64,000 nt of DNA from Gemmatimonadales bacterium (GTDB taxonomy: Bacteria > Gemmatimonadota > Gemmatimonadetes > Gemmatimonadales > GWC2-71-9): the NCBI GenBank assembly GCA_037189525.1, contig JBBCJC010000001.1:192001-256000 (forward strand), written 5' to 3'. Below are positions 1 through 10,307 of this stretch, piece by piece (position 1 is the stretch's first letter; every line of letters begins with the position of its first letter). The translations under genes were made by a program, and so were the position numbers. The notes beneath the pieces are model-generated. The model was not told the DNA's origin and did no database searches. It was given only the letters and a program-made list of their open reading frames with translations.

Positions 1-1
1 G

Positions 2-823
2 GCCAAGTTCGCGCATGTGTTCCTGCCCGGATCGTCGTTCCTGGAAAAGAACGGGACCTTCACGAATGCTGAGCGGCGTATTTCCCGCGTCCGGAAGGTC
101 ACCGAACCGCCGGCCGGCAAGGAAGACTGGGAGATCACAGTCATGCTGGCCAACGCGCTCGGCTATCCGATGCACTACGACCATCCGTCCGAGATCATGG
201 ACGAGATTGCCCGGCTGACGCCGACCTTTACCGGTGTCAGCTATGAGAGGATCGACGAGCTGGGCAGCATCCAGTGGCCCTGCAACGACGCCAGCCCGGA
301 GGGTACACCGACCATGCACATCGATCAGTTCGTGCGTGGCAAGGGCCGGTTCCTGATTACCGAGTACGTACCGACCGCCGAAAAGGTCAACCGGAAGTAC
401 CCGCTGATCCTGACGACCGGGCGGATCCTGTCGCAGTACAACGTCGGGGCGCAGACCCGGCGGACGCATAACGTCGACTGGCATGAGGAAGACCGGCTCG
501 AAATCCATCCGCACGATGCGGAAGAGCGCGGCATCCGCGAGGGCGACTGGGTCGGGATCGTGAGCCGCGCCGGCGAGACGACGCAGCGGGCCACCATTAC
601 CGAACGGGTGCAGCCGGGAGTGGTCTACACCACCTTCCACCACCCGGAGTCGGGCGCCAACGTGATCACAACCGAGAATTCGGACTGGGCCACCAACTGT
701 CCCGAGTACAAGGTCACGGCGGTGCAAGTGATGCCGGTGTTCCGGTCGTCGGAATGGCAGAATCGGTTCAAGCAGTTCACGGAAGAGCAGCTGGCGCTGC
801 TCGAACAGCGGATTACTTCATGA
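2..823 (+). CDS. fdsA: Formate dehydrogenase alpha subunit, C-terminal part (truncated at the window edge)
   Basis: Molybdopterin oxidoreductase C-terminal motifs (LPGSSFLEKNGTFTNAERR, LTTGRILSQYN, TNCPEYKVTAVQV). The frame is open from base 2 and is followed by fdsD. Confidence 0.93.
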   Translation, partial: AKFAHVFLPGSSFLEKNGTFTNAERRISRVRKVTEPPAGKEDWEITVMLANALGYPMHYDHPSEIMDEIARLTPTFTGVSYERIDELGSIQWPCNDASPEGTPTMHIDQFVRGKGRFLITEYVPTAEKVNRKYPLILTTGRILSQYNVGAQTRRTHNVDWHEEDRLEIHPHDAEERGIREGDWVGIVSRAGETTQRATITERVQPGVVYTTFHHPESGANVITTENSDWATNCPEYKVTAVQVMPVFRSSEWQNRFKQFTEEQLALLEQRITS

Positions 824-1068
824 ATAGCATCGAGGAACTGATCCGGATGGCCAATCAGATCGGGCAGTTTCATCAGAGCTTTCCCGATCGGGCCGAAGGA
901 CTGAACGGAACAGCGATGCACATTCGGCGGTTCTGGGATCCGCGAATGCGGCGGGCGCTACTTGCGCATATCGATGAGGCGGGCGGAGCCGGCCTCGACG
1001 AGATCGTCCTGGAGGCGATTCGTTCGTACCGGCAGGAGCTATTCCCTCCGGAGCAACCGGTGACGTAG
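820..1068 (+). CDS. fdsD: NAD-dependent formate dehydrogenase delta subunit
   Basis: ATGA overlap with fdsA; typical motifs LIRMANQIGQF and HIRRFWDPRMR. Confidence 0.9.
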   Translation: MNSIEELIRMANQIGQFHQSFPDRAEGLNGTAMHIRRFWDPRMRRALLAHIDEAGGAGLDEIVLEAIRSYRQELFPPEQPVT

Positions 1069-1206
1069 TGCCCCTCCCGTTCCGAAGACGGGCAGGCTTC
1101 GCGTTTCGGCACCCCCATACGACACCGAGCATCTCATTTACCTCATCGATCCCAGTGTTTTGTCCCGGTTGTGCCTCGCCAATCGAGGGAGGATCACCCG
1201 CATTCG

Positions 1207-1437
1207 TTAATCCCACGCGGACACACGACCCAGCCACTCGATCAGAAGGTCGAGTCTGTCCCCGTACGGAGTGAGCTCCGAGTCTTCATCCAGACCACCG
1301 CTCTCCAGCATCTCATCCGACACGAATGACCGCAGGTCCTCACGCTCGGATGGCGTCAACATCCTGTGCCAGATTGCCTTCGCAAGAGGCTCGAGGTGGG
1401 GCGCACGCCGTCCAAGAACGTGCATCAAGAGATCCAT
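1207..1437 (-). CDS. Small acidic hypothetical protein (start uncertain, 1437 or 1488)
   Basis: Natural-looking helical sequence (LTPSEREDLRSFVSDEMLESGGLDEDSELTPYGDRLDLLIEWL), co-oriented with the dipeptidases. Confidence 0.5.
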   Translation of the reverse strand: MDLLMHVLGRRAPHLEPLAKAIWHRMLTPSEREDLRSFVSDEMLESGGLDEDSELTPYGDRLDLLIEWLGRVSAWD

Positions 1438-1516
1438 CTCGAGAGCACCGTCCCATTCTTGGGGCCAATGCGACGGGTGCGGTTTCACCGACGTACTCCC
1501 GCACCACGACAGGAAA

Positions 1517-2803
1517 TCATTCGGGCCGATCCAGTTCCTCGATCGTTGCGGTGGATGCGGGCCGGCTCTGTCTGAGCCTGATCGCCACCTGCTCCGCGCC
1601 CCGCATGGCGCGGAGGACGTTCAGGCCAAGCACTTTCTTCACGTCCTCGTCGCTCCAGCCACGCCGGAGCAGCTCGGCCGTCAGATAGGGATACCGCGTC
1701 ACATCATCCAGCCCGATGGGATGCTGCCCCAGACCGGCGTAGTCTGCGCCGATGCCGACATGATCAACGCCCGCCACTTTACGAACGTGTTCGACATGGT
1801 CGGCCACCTGCGCCAGCGTGGCATCGTTGGTCCGGAAATTCCGAATCCAGGCTCCGAACGCCTCGCCCGCAGCTTTCGGATCATTGGGGAACTGGGCCTT
1901 GAACTCACGTTCCTTCTGCAGCACCCCGGCGGCCTCACGCGCAGCTTGCGGGTCGATGAAGCCGGGGAAGAAGTTGATCATCACCACACCCCCGTTCGCA
2001 GGAAGCCGGGCAAGAATGCTGTCCGGTACGTTCCGGACGTGATCGGCCAGCGCCCGCGCCGACGAATGACTGAAGATGACCGGTGCTTCGGACACGCGAA
2101 GCGCATCCGACATGGTCCCGTCCGACACATGGGAAAGATCGACCAGCATCCCGAGCCGGTTCATCTCGCGGACCACCTCTTCACCGAACCGGGTGAGCCC
2201 GCCGTGACGCGCCTCATCGGTGGCGGCATCGGCCCAGGGCGTCGTGGCACCGTGCGTCAGGGTCATGTACCGCACACCCAGCGTATGGAACTGCCGCAGC
2301 GCCGGCAGCGAGTTCTCGATCGCATGGCCGCCCTCGATGCCGATCAGGGATGCGATCTTGCCCTCTTTGTGAATCCGTACGATCTCATCCGCCGTCACCG
2401 CAAACTCGAGCGACGGTGATCGCGCTACCATCCGCCGGATCGCATCGATCTGCTGTAAAGCGAAGATCCCGGCCCCCTGCCCCATCAGCGACGACGGTAC
2501 GTACGCCGACCAGAACTGCCCACCAACCAGGCCGGTCCGCAACCGCGGAATATCCGTATCGAGGTCGGGCAGGCCCTTGTCCGGATCGAAGTGCTCGAAG
2601 CTGCCCTTCCCGGTCGACAGCACCGCCGACGACAGATCATTGTGCCCGTCGATGAGCGGTACCTCCCGGTGGAACTGGCGGGCCCGTTCGAGCAGCGTGG
2701 TATCGGCAGGTAGCTTGGTACAGCCGGCAAGGGCGCCGCTCAACAGAACGACGCCGGCAACGAGCGCAGCCGAAGGAACAAGACGGGACCGCAACGATGA
2801 CAT
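1517..2803 (-). CDS. Membrane dipeptidase (peptidase M19), predicted lipoprotein
   Basis: IDGHNDL, GGQFWSAY, GIEGGH, VDLSH and FSHSS motifs; lipobox LAGC; GAGGAG RBS before the ATG at 2803. Confidence 0.93.
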   Translation of the reverse strand: MSSLRSRLVPSAALVAGVVLLSGALAGCTKLPADTTLLERARQFHREVPLIDGHNDLSSAVLSTGKGSFEHFDPDKGLPDLDTDIPRLRTGLVGGQFWSAYVPSSLMGQGAGIFALQQIDAIRRMVARSPSLEFAVTADEIVRIHKEGKIASLIGIEGGHAIENSLPALRQFHTLGVRYMTLTHGATTPWADAATDEARHGGLTRFGEEVVREMNRLGMLVDLSHVSDGTMSDALRVSEAPVIFSHSSARALADHVRNVPDSILARLPANGGVVMINFFPGFIDPQAAREAAGVLQKEREFKAQFPNDPKAAGEAFGAWIRNFRTNDATLAQVADHVEHVRKVAGVDHVGIGADYAGLGQHPIGLDDVTRYPYLTAELLRRGWSDEDVKKVLGLNVLRAMRGAEQVAIRLRQSRPASTATIEELDRPE

Positions 2804-2887
2804 GGACACTCCTCTGACCGTACGCAGAGTGGAGCACTTCGACGGGAACGTCACTCCTTCGGTTGCAGCATCCGCTGGAACCACCTG

Positions 2888-4165
2888 CTACGGCCGCGAT
2901 CCGGTAGCGCCGTCCAACTCCTCGATAGTCGCAGCCGAGGCCGGGCGACTCTGCCGCAGCGTGGCTGCAGTCTGCTCGACGCTCCGCATCACCCGCAACA
3001 GGTTGAGTCCGATCACCTTCTTGACATCGTCGTCGTTCCAGCCGCGCCGCAGCAACTCCGCCGACAGATACGGATAACGGCTCACGTTCTCGAGCCCGAT
3101 CGGATGCTGGCCCAGACTCGCATAGTCGGCGCCGAGTCCGACGTGGTCGACCCCGGCCACCTTGGTGATATGCTCGATATGATCGGCGACCTGCGCCAGC
3201 GTGGCGTCGTTGGTGCGGAAATTCCGGATGTAGGTCGCGAACTCGGCGGCGGCAGCGTTAGGGTCGTTGGGATGTTTGGCCTTGATTTCCCGCTCCATCT
3301 GCAAGACGCCAGCAGCCTCCTGGGCCGCCTGCGGATCGAGGAAGCCGGGGAAGAAGTTGATCATCACCACCCCGCCGTTCTTGGCCACCTGGGTCAGGAT
3401 GCTGTCGGGCACGTTCCGGACGTGATCCGCCAGCGCGCGCGCCGAGGAGTGGCTGAAGATGACCGGCGCCTCGGAAACCCGCAGCGCGTCGGACATGGTG
3501 GCATCCGACACGTGCGAGAGATCGACCATCATGCCGATCCGGTTCATCTCGCGCACCACTTCCTCACCGAAGCGCGAGAGCCCGCCGTGGGTGGCAACGT
3601 CGGTCGCGGCATCGGCCCAGGGGATCGTGGCGCTGTGGGTGAGTGTCAAGTACCGGACACCCAGCTCATGGAACATCCGCAGCACGGCCAGCGAGTTGTC
3701 GATCGAATGCCCACCCTCGATCCCGATCAGCGAGGCGATCTTGCCGGTCTTGTGAATCCGGACGATATCATCGGCGGTCGTGGCATACTCGAGCGTGGGC
3801 GACCGCTCGATCATCCGGTGGATCAGATCGATCTGCCCGAGCGTCGGCATCGCGGCCCCATGCTCCATGAAGAGCGACGGGACGTAGGCCGCCCAGAACT
3901 GTCCTCCGACGAGTCCTTCCTTGAGTCGCGGCACATCCGTATCGATCGACGGCAACGACTGATCCGGATCGAACCGCTCGAACTGTCCGCCCCCCTCGGC
4001 GAAGACGACCCACGGAAGATCGTTGTGGGTGTCGACCATGGGGACTTCCTGATGGAGCCGCCGCGCGCGCTCCAGATAATCACCGGAGTCCGCTTGCTTG
4101 GCACAAGAGGCGGAGAGGATGGCAAGCAGCAGAACGGCGGACTGGCGAATCAGACGCACGGGCAT
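2888..4165 (-). CDS. Membrane dipeptidase (peptidase M19), tandem paralog, predicted lipoprotein
   Basis: [21 protein letters not shown] and FSHSS motifs; signal peptide ending SASC. Confidence 0.93.
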   Translation of the reverse strand: MPVRLIRQSAVLLLAILSASCAKQADSGDYLERARRLHQEVPMVDTHNDLPWVVFAEGGGQFERFDPDQSLPSIDTDVPRLKEGLVGGQFWAAYVPSLFMEHGAAMPTLGQIDLIHRMIERSPTLEYATTADDIVRIHKTGKIASLIGIEGGHSIDNSLAVLRMFHELGVRYLTLTHSATIPWADAATDVATHGGLSRFGEEVVREMNRIGMMVDLSHVSDATMSDALRVSEAPVIFSHSSARALADHVRNVPDSILTQVAKNGGVVMINFFPGFLDPQAAQEAAGVLQMEREIKAKHPNDPNAAAAEFATYIRNFRTNDATLAQVADHIEHITKVAGVDHVGLGADYASLGQHPIGLENVSRYPYLSAELLRRGWNDDDVKKVIGLNLLRVMRSVEQTAATLRQSRPASAATIEELDGATGSRP

Positions 4166-4324
4166 GCCTCGTCGGAATGACTGGGAGATGTCGGAGAACG
4201 GCGCCTGACGCTAGCACCTTCCCGGAATCAGGGCAAGAGATTTGGCACTGGGCGACAACGGCGTGCCGCTCCCGGAACCGAACCGGTTCGGCTATCCTGC
4301 CAGGCATTCGACCCGGAGCGCCCC

Positions 4325-4642
4325 GTGAACGACATCCCGTTGGCCTGTACCCTCTCCAGCCCCGAGCTGCAGCGACGGAAATCCGGACTGCTCGCCTCGG
4401 TGCGACAACGCGCGGACCGGGCCACGGCACAGCCGAACGGTCTCGAACTCACCTTTGTTCACGACGAGGCCTTGCTGGCGGATCTGCTGGAACTGGTCCG
4501 GCTCGAAGCCCAGTGCTGCCCGTTCCTCCGCTTCGACCTGCGGGTGGGACCGCGCCCCGAACCCTGCCGCCTGATCGTCAGCGGTCCTCCCGGCACGACA
4601 GACTTTCTCGACGGATGGGGATGGCACCCCGACGCAAGCTAG
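4325..4642 (+). CDS. Conserved hypothetical Cys-motif protein, possibly metal-binding
   Basis: PLACTL at the N-terminus and EAQCCPFLRF; GTG start preceded by GGAG. Confidence 0.7.
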   Translation: MNDIPLACTLSSPELQRRKSGLLASVRQRADRATAQPNGLELTFVHDEALLADLLELVRLEAQCCPFLRFDLRVGPRPEPCRLIVSGPPGTTDFLDGWGWHPDAS

Positions 4643-5032
4643 CTACGCATATTGGGGCGATGCGGACGGCTGCCGATCAAAGACCAGAAACGCGAGACCC
4701 ACTCCCAGCACGAGGCTGCCCGCCAGAAGGAAGGGAAAGATCAACGCCATCGACCAGTAACGACCGGCCACCCTCCAGCGCAGCAAGCGGCTATGGAATT
4801 CGGCCAGAGTGCCTTCGTCGCGAGTCGCCAGCACGGCGAGATAGGCCGCGATGGTCGGCCCGAATCCGCCCAGCATGTAGAGCGACATGAAGAGCGGCTC
4901 GCCGAACGCGGAGACGCCCGCGCGAGCGATCCAGACGAGCCCCCACCAGGCGCCCCAGGTGATTGCAAAGGTCGCCGCGAGGTAAACCCAGACTCGGCGG
5001 TTGGAGCCGGCAACGGGAGCAAAAGCAGTCAT
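4643..5032 (-). pseudogene. Truncated CPBP/CAAX-protease (Abi)-like membrane protein
   Basis: N-terminus typical of CPBP proteins (YLAATFAITW, GGFGPTIAA, LLRWRV..R.W) but only 129 aa, with no EExxxR catalytic motif. Confidence 0.55.
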
Positions 5033-5064
5033 TGCGCCAACAATAGCACCAAAACGCCGGCGCC

Positions 5065-5092
5065 TTGATTTTCGGTTTTTCTTCGGTATCCT
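5065..5092 (+). promoter_or_regulatory. Putative sigma70 promoter of imuA with a TTCG-N7-TTCG direct repeat in the spacer
   Basis: TTGATT (5065-5070), 16 nt, TATCCT (5087-5092); TTCG at 5071 and 5082. Confidence 0.55.
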
Positions 5093-5122
5093 CTTGTCGT
5101 CGCCTCCTGGAGCCCCACCGAA

Positions 5123-5854
5123 ATGGCCAGTTCAGCCGCCACCGCCCTGGCCTCCGTGCCGGCGGATCGGCGTACCAGCCATCTCCGGGCCATCCTGGCG
5201 GCGCGGTTCCCGGACGCCCTGCCGCTTCCGGAGCAGACCAGGCCGAGCCTGGCAACCGGGGTGGCGGCGCTCGACCAGATCCTGCCCAACGGGGGGCTGC
5301 CTCGGGGTCGCGTCTCGGTCTGGTCGGCCGGCTCCGGCGGGGCCACTGCCCTCCTCCGGGCCAGTTGCGACCACCTGTTGGCCCGAGGAGAGCGAGTGGC
5401 CTGGGTCGACGGACGGCGGACTCTGGGCCCGGCCTGGGCGGATGGACCGACCGTGATCCGGCCGGCCAATGACGCCCTGGCACTCAAGGCAGCCGAAATC
5501 CTGGTGCGCTCGGGAGGGTTCCCCCTGGTCGTCCTGACCGGCATCGACCCCCAACCCGGGGAGATGCTCCGGCTCTCCCGAATGGTACACGAAGGCCAGG
5601 GCGTCCTGGTGGCGCTCTCCGAACGAACCCAGGGCGCCACGCTCAAGCTCCGTTCCCGGTTTCTCCCGAGCCGGTTCCAGTGGGCGCTGGACCCGTTCGG
5701 CGAGCCGGCCAGGCTCGATCGGATGGGATTGGAAATCCGCGCGACCACACCGGGCTGGTCGCGCACCGTCATCCTCACACTCGAGGTCGTCTCGCATGAG
5801 CTTCGCCTGTCTTTGGACCCCGCGCTGGCCGACCGACGCGGCCAGCTCGGCTGA
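5123..5854 (+). CDS. imuA: ImuA-like (RecA/SulA fold) mutasome accessory protein
   Basis: LATGVAALDQILPNGGLPRG, degenerate P-loop, VAWVD; first gene before imuB-dnaE2. Confidence 0.8.
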   Translation: MASSAATALASVPADRRTSHLRAILAARFPDALPLPEQTRPSLATGVAALDQILPNGGLPRGRVSVWSAGSGGATALLRASCDHLLARGERVAWVDGRRTLGPAWADGPTVIRPANDALALKAAEILVRSGGFPLVVLTGIDPQPGEMLRLSRMVHEGQGVLVALSERTQGATLKLRSRFLPSRFQWALDPFGEPARLDRMGLEIRATTPGWSRTVILTLEVVSHELRLSLDPALADRRGQLG

Positions 5855-7130
5855 TCTGGTCCAGCGGGCCCTCCGGATCGCGCCGCGGGTTACGGTCGAG
5901 CCGCAGCAGAACAGGCTCTGGGCGGATCTCCGGAGCCTCGACCCGTTGGTGATCGGACGCAAGCTCCTGGCAGCTGCGCACCGAGGCGGCCAGACCGGCG
6001 CGCGGGTCGGGACGGCCGCGACGCCGATCGCCGCCGAGGTCGCGGCGCGGTGCGGCGCGGGGCATCAGGCGACCCGGCTCGATCTCCCGGGACTCACTCT
6101 GGTTGCATCGGGCCTCGACCGGTCGTTTCTCGCTGCGTTTCCAGTTGCCGCGCTGCTGCCGGATCAGACCCTCGCGTCCCTGCTGGACGGCGTCGGGATC
6201 GAGCGCTGCGGCGATCTCGCGGCGCTCGACCTCCAATCGGTCGAGGTTCGGCTCGGCATCGACGGGATCCGACTCTGGAAGCTGGCACGCGCCGACGACC
6301 CGCGTCTCATCTTCGGCGCACGTCGTTCAGAACGTCCCTTTGCCGAACTCGAATGGATCGATTACGAACTCGCAGCCGAGGCACAGGCATTGTTCGTGGT
6401 CAACGGGCTGCTGAACTCGGTCTGCGACGAGCTGATCCGCCGTTCGGAAGGTGCGCATCTCATGGAGTTGACCTTCCACCTGGCGGACCGGAGCCGAGTG
6501 ACGTTGCCGATCCGGGTCTCCTCCCCCACGGCAGACCGGGCCACTTGGGTACGCGTCATCCGGGTCACGCTCGAGCCCCTGACGCTCGGCGCCCCAATCA
6601 CCCGCATCGGCCTCGAGGTCAAAGCCTCCGTCGCCGTCGGTCATCGGCAGGGAGACCTTTTCGATGCCGGCTTTGCCACGGCGCGCTCCGCGGATGCGGC
6701 CCTGGCCCACCTGCTCGACCAGCAGGGCGATGCCGTGGTCACCCCTCGGCGCACCGAGCATCCCCTGCCGGAGCGCCGGATTGCCTGGCTACCGGACCTG
6801 AGCGGTCAGGTGGCCGAGCCGGACACCGGGCACCTCTCGCTCTCCGGCACCATCACACCGCGTCTGACGCTTCAACAGCCGACCGCCATGCAACGGGTCG
6901 AGGTCACCCTCACCACACGGCGCGAGGCGCTGCTGCCGACCGGATATCGCGACAATCGGGTCTACCATGAGTTTATGACGACGGTAGGTCCGGATCGGAT
7001 CTCGGGCGGGTTCGGCGCCGAACGATTCGAGCGCGACTACTACACCGGCATCCGTGGCGACGGCGTCATGGTCCTCCTCTATCGGAATCTGGCCGTGGAC
7101 GAGTGGATCCTGGCCGGATGGTGGGACTGA
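5796..7130 (+). CDS. imuB: ImuB, inactive Y-family polymerase
   Basis: Y-family-like core without catalytic acidic motifs, clamp motif QGDLF, C-terminal GPDRISGG...RDYY...W.L.GWWD. Confidence 0.88.
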   Translation: MSFACLWTPRWPTDAASSADLVQRALRIAPRVTVEPQQNRLWADLRSLDPLVIGRKLLAAAHRGGQTGARVGTAATPIAAEVAARCGAGHQATRLDLPGLTLVASGLDRSFLAAFPVAALLPDQTLASLLDGVGIERCGDLAALDLQSVEVRLGIDGIRLWKLARADDPRLIFGARRSERPFAELEWIDYELAAEAQALFVVNGLLNSVCDELIRRSEGAHLMELTFHLADRSRVTLPIRVSSPTADRATWVRVIRVTLEPLTLGAPITRIGLEVKASVAVGHRQGDLFDAGFATARSADAALAHLLDQQGDAVVTPRRTEHPLPERRIAWLPDLSGQVAEPDTGHLSLSGTITPRLTLQQPTAMQRVEVTLTTRREALLPTGYRDNRVYHEFMTTVGPDRISGGFGAERFERDYYTGIRGDGVMVLLYRNLAVDEWILAGWWD

Positions 7131-7136
7131 AGCGGT

Positions 7137-10100
7137 ATGACGGCCCCATTCGTCGAATTGCGCGCCCTGTCCGCCTACTCCTTCGGTGACGGGGCGGTTG
7201 CTCCAGACACCCTGGTCGAGCGTGCTAAGGCGCTCGGTTACCATGCGCTGGGTCTGACGGACCGGGCCGACCTGGGCGGCATCGTCAAGTTTCAGATGGC
7301 CTGCAAAGCTGCCGGGATCACACCGGTCGTCGGCGCGGAGCTTCTGGTCGACGGCTATCCACTCGCGTTCCTGGTGCGGAGTGCGGCCGGCTTCAACAAT
7401 CTGGCTGCGCTGATTACCCTGGCGCGGGTTGGTCCGATCGAGACGTGGGACCCCAACACCGCCACGCGAGGCCGCCCGCGCGTCAGCTGGGAAGACGTGG
7501 CCGAGCGAAATGAGGGTCTGCATCTCCTCACCGGACCACCGTCAGGTGCGCTGGCCCAGGCTCTCCGCGAACGGCGATTCGATCGGGCCGACCACCTGCT
7601 GGCCAGCTACCGATCGGCATTCGGCGACCGGGTGGCGATCGAAGTGCACTTCCATGCAGCCGGACGCTCGGAGGCTGCGCTGGCGGGTGCGCTCGTGACT
7701 CTGGCGTATCAGCGCGGGGTGCCCTGGTTTCCTACGACTAATCCTCGCTACGTCGATGAAGGATCTCGTCTGCTTCACGACGCCCTCACGGCGCTCCGCC
7801 ACGACACCACCGTGGCCGAGGCAACGGAGCGAGGTCTGTTACATCCCAACGGAGAGTGGAGTCTCGCGGATCCGACGGTGATGGCAGCTCGACTGCACGG
7901 GGCCGAAGCCGGCCTGGACACGACGCTCCGCCTTGCCCGGGAGTGTGCGTTCGATCACAAATGGATCCGGCCTCCGCTCCCGAAGTTCGAAACGCCCGAG
8001 GGTCACGACGACGACTCCTGGCTGAGGCATTTGGTCTTCGAGGGAGCCACCAAGCGCTGGGAGGAGGATCTGAACGACACTCATCGTAACCAGCTCGAGC
8101 ACGAGCTGGCGATCATCACCAAACTCGGATACTCGGGATTTTTCCTCGTGATGTGGGACGCGGTGCGTGAAGCCCATGAGCGGGGCATCCTGGCGCAAGG
8201 GCGCGGCAGTGCCGCCAACTCCGCGGTGGCCTACTGTCTCGGCATCACCGCCATCGACCCGGTGCGACACGGGCTGCTCTTCGAGCGATTCCTCTCGGAT
8301 GCACGCGTCGGCGGCGAAACCGAAGCGCCGGACATCGACGTCGACTTCGAGCACGAGCGCCGGGAAGAGATCCTGAACTACATCTACGACAAATATCGCC
8401 GTCCTCGAGCGGCACTCACGGGTGTCACCCAGCTCTACAGCGCCTGCACCGCCATTCAAGATGCGATGCGCGCCTACGGCTATCCTGCGGAGCTTGCGTT
8501 TCGGCTCTCGAAACGGCTGCGGCGAGCGGATTGTGTGAGAGGGGTAGAAAAACTTCGGGAAGGACTGGCCGCCGAACAGGGATTCGAGCTGAGTGAGCCG
8601 CGCGCGGAAGCCGTTCTCGCCACCATGGCCGCCTGCCAGGATCTCCCCAGGCTGCGTTCGACTCACCCTGGCGGATTCGTCCTGTCCTCGGCCCCGCTCG
8701 GGAACTATCTCCCGATCGAGAGCACCTCGATGGGGCGCACCATCGTCCAGTTCGACAAAGACGACCTGGACCATCTCGGCATTCCAAAGTTCGACTTCCT
8801 GGGGCTCGGCGCGCTGACGGTGGTCCGAAGGGCGTTTCGAGCCGTCAAGGAACGTACCGGACACCACCTCGAGATGTACGATCTGGAAACGGACGATGCC
8901 GAAACGTACGCTCTGATTAGCAAGGGTGAAACGCTCGGCACCTTTCAGATCGAGAGCCGGGCGCAGATTGCCTCGATCCTGCACACCAAGCCAGAGCGCC
9001 TCTATGACATCGTGGTCCAGATTGCCCTGATCCGTCCCGGGCCGATCCAGGCCCGGTTCGTCGGACCATATACCCGGCGGCGACGGGGGCAGGAAGTCGT
9101 GACCTATCTCCACCCCAAACTCGAGCCCATCCTCGAGCGGACCCAGGGTATCCCGATCTTTCAGGAACAGGCCATGAATATCGCCATCGCGCTGGCGGGA
9201 TATTCCGCCGCGGAGGCCGACCTGCTCCGCCGTACCATGGGACATATCCGCAAGCGACCCAAGCTCGAAGCGGCCTTGGAAGAGCTGCGCCGCCGACTCA
9301 TCCAGAACGGCATTGCCGAAGATATCGCCGAGCAGATTCGGGAAGACCTGACCAGCTTTGCCAACTATGGATTTCCGGAGTCGCACTCCTGGAGCTTTGC
9401 GCTGATTGCCTATGCAACGGCATATCTCAAACGCCACTACCCGGCCGAACTGCTGCTGGGACTCCTCAATGCCCAGCCGATGGGTTTCTATCCCATTGCC
9501 ACCTTGATTCATGACGCCAAGCGTCACGGGGTGCGCGTGGTGGGCCCGTGCCTTGCGCTGGGCTTCGCCGACTGTACGGTCGAAGGAACCGACTCGGACC
9601 ACTTCCTCCGCCTGGGCTGGCGATTCATCCGCGGCATCAAGACTCAGGCAGTCCACGCGCTGAGCGCTGCGCGTGCCAACGGCCCTTTCACCGGCATCGG
9701 CGATGTAATCCGTCGCGCCGGCATGACGCGCCGGGATGCGATTGCGCTGGCGCGGGCCGGCGCATTCGGGATCTGGGAATCCGATCGGCGAAAGGCGGCC
9801 TGGGAAGCGATTCGCCATGTGGGAGCACCGATGCCGCTCGCGCCGTCACATGCGGCGCCGCATCATCCGCGTGCTCTGGGCCGGACCGAACGGATCTTCC
9901 TCGATTACTTCGCCACGGGATCGAGCCTGGAGGGGCATCCGGTCGAGCACCTGCGCAGGAGGCTCGAGCAGGCCGGGGCGCTGAACAGCAAGGCACTGGG
10001 GCTGGCTGCGCACGGAACTGAGGTGCTAGTGGGAGGCATGGTCGTTACCCGCCAGCAGCCGGGCAGCGCCAAGGGGGTGCTCTTCGTCCTGCTCGAGGAC

Positions 10101-10295
10101 GAGCAGGGATTTCTCAACGTGATCGTCCGGAAAGAATTGGAACTGGCCTCACTGGAGGCCGCGCGGCATGCTCGCTTCCTGCTCGTGAGGGGTACGGTTC
10201 AGCGAGACGGAGAGGTGATCCATGTCATTGCCGAGCGGATCAAACAGATCCGGCCGAAACGGAGGCTGGCCTTCACTTCCCACGATTTCCACTGA
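7137..10295 (+). CDS. dnaE2: Error-prone DNA polymerase DnaE2 (ImuC)
   Basis: PHP domain, GRGSAANS, PDIDVDF, FQIESRAQ, YGFPESH, OB fold and the DnaE2-type C-terminus SHDFH. Confidence 0.96.
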   Translation: MTAPFVELRALSAYSFGDGAVAPDTLVERAKALGYHALGLTDRADLGGIVKFQMACKAAGITPVVGAELLVDGYPLAFLVRSAAGFNNLAALITLARVGPIETWDPNTATRGRPRVSWEDVAERNEGLHLLTGPPSGALAQALRERRFDRADHLLASYRSAFGDRVAIEVHFHAAGRSEAALAGALVTLAYQRGVPWFPTTNPRYVDEGSRLLHDALTALRHDTTVAEATERGLLHPNGEWSLADPTVMAARLHGAEAGLDTTLRLARECAFDHKWIRPPLPKFETPEGHDDDSWLRHLVFEGATKRWEEDLNDTHRNQLEHELAIITKLGYSGFFLVMWDAVREAHERGILAQGRGSAANSAVAYCLGITAIDPVRHGLLFERFLSDARVGGETEAPDIDVDFEHERREEILNYIYDKYRRPRAALTGVTQLYSACTAIQDAMRAYGYPAELAFRLSKRLRRADCVRGVEKLREGLAAEQGFELSEPRAEAVLATMAACQDLPRLRSTHPGGFVLSSAPLGNYLPIESTSMGRTIVQFDKDDLDHLGIPKFDFLGLGALTVVRRAFRAVKERTGHHLEMYDLETDDAETYALISKGETLGTFQIESRAQIASILHTKPERLYDIVVQIALIRPGPIQARFVGPYTRRRRGQEVVTYLHPKLEPILERTQGIPIFQEQAMNIAIALAGYSAAEADLLRRTMGHIRKRPKLEAALEELRRRLIQNGIAEDIAEQIREDLTSFANYGFPESHSWSFALIAYATAYLKRHYPAELLLGLLNAQPMGFYPIATLIHDAKRHGVRVVGPCLALGFADCTVEGTDSDHFLRLGWRFIRGIKTQAVHALSAARANGPFTGIGDVIRRAGMTRRDAIALARAGAFGIWESDRRKAAWEAIRHVGAPMPLAPSHAAPHHPRALGRTERIFLDYFATGSSLEGHPVEHLRRRLEQAGALNSKALGLAAHGTEVLVGGMVVTRQQPGSAKGVLFVLLEDEQGFLNVIVRKELELASLEAARHARFLLVRGTVQRDGEVIHVIAERIKQIRPKRRLAFTSHDFH

Positions 10296-10307
10296 GTCCT
10301 GATCCCG

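Noticed and set aside
7839..9818. Long antisense ORFs (also 47264-49171, 39410-41161, 26880-28775, 60116-61570 and others)
   Set aside because: They are shadow ORFs opposite well-supported genes in high-GC DNA and show no recognisable motifs.
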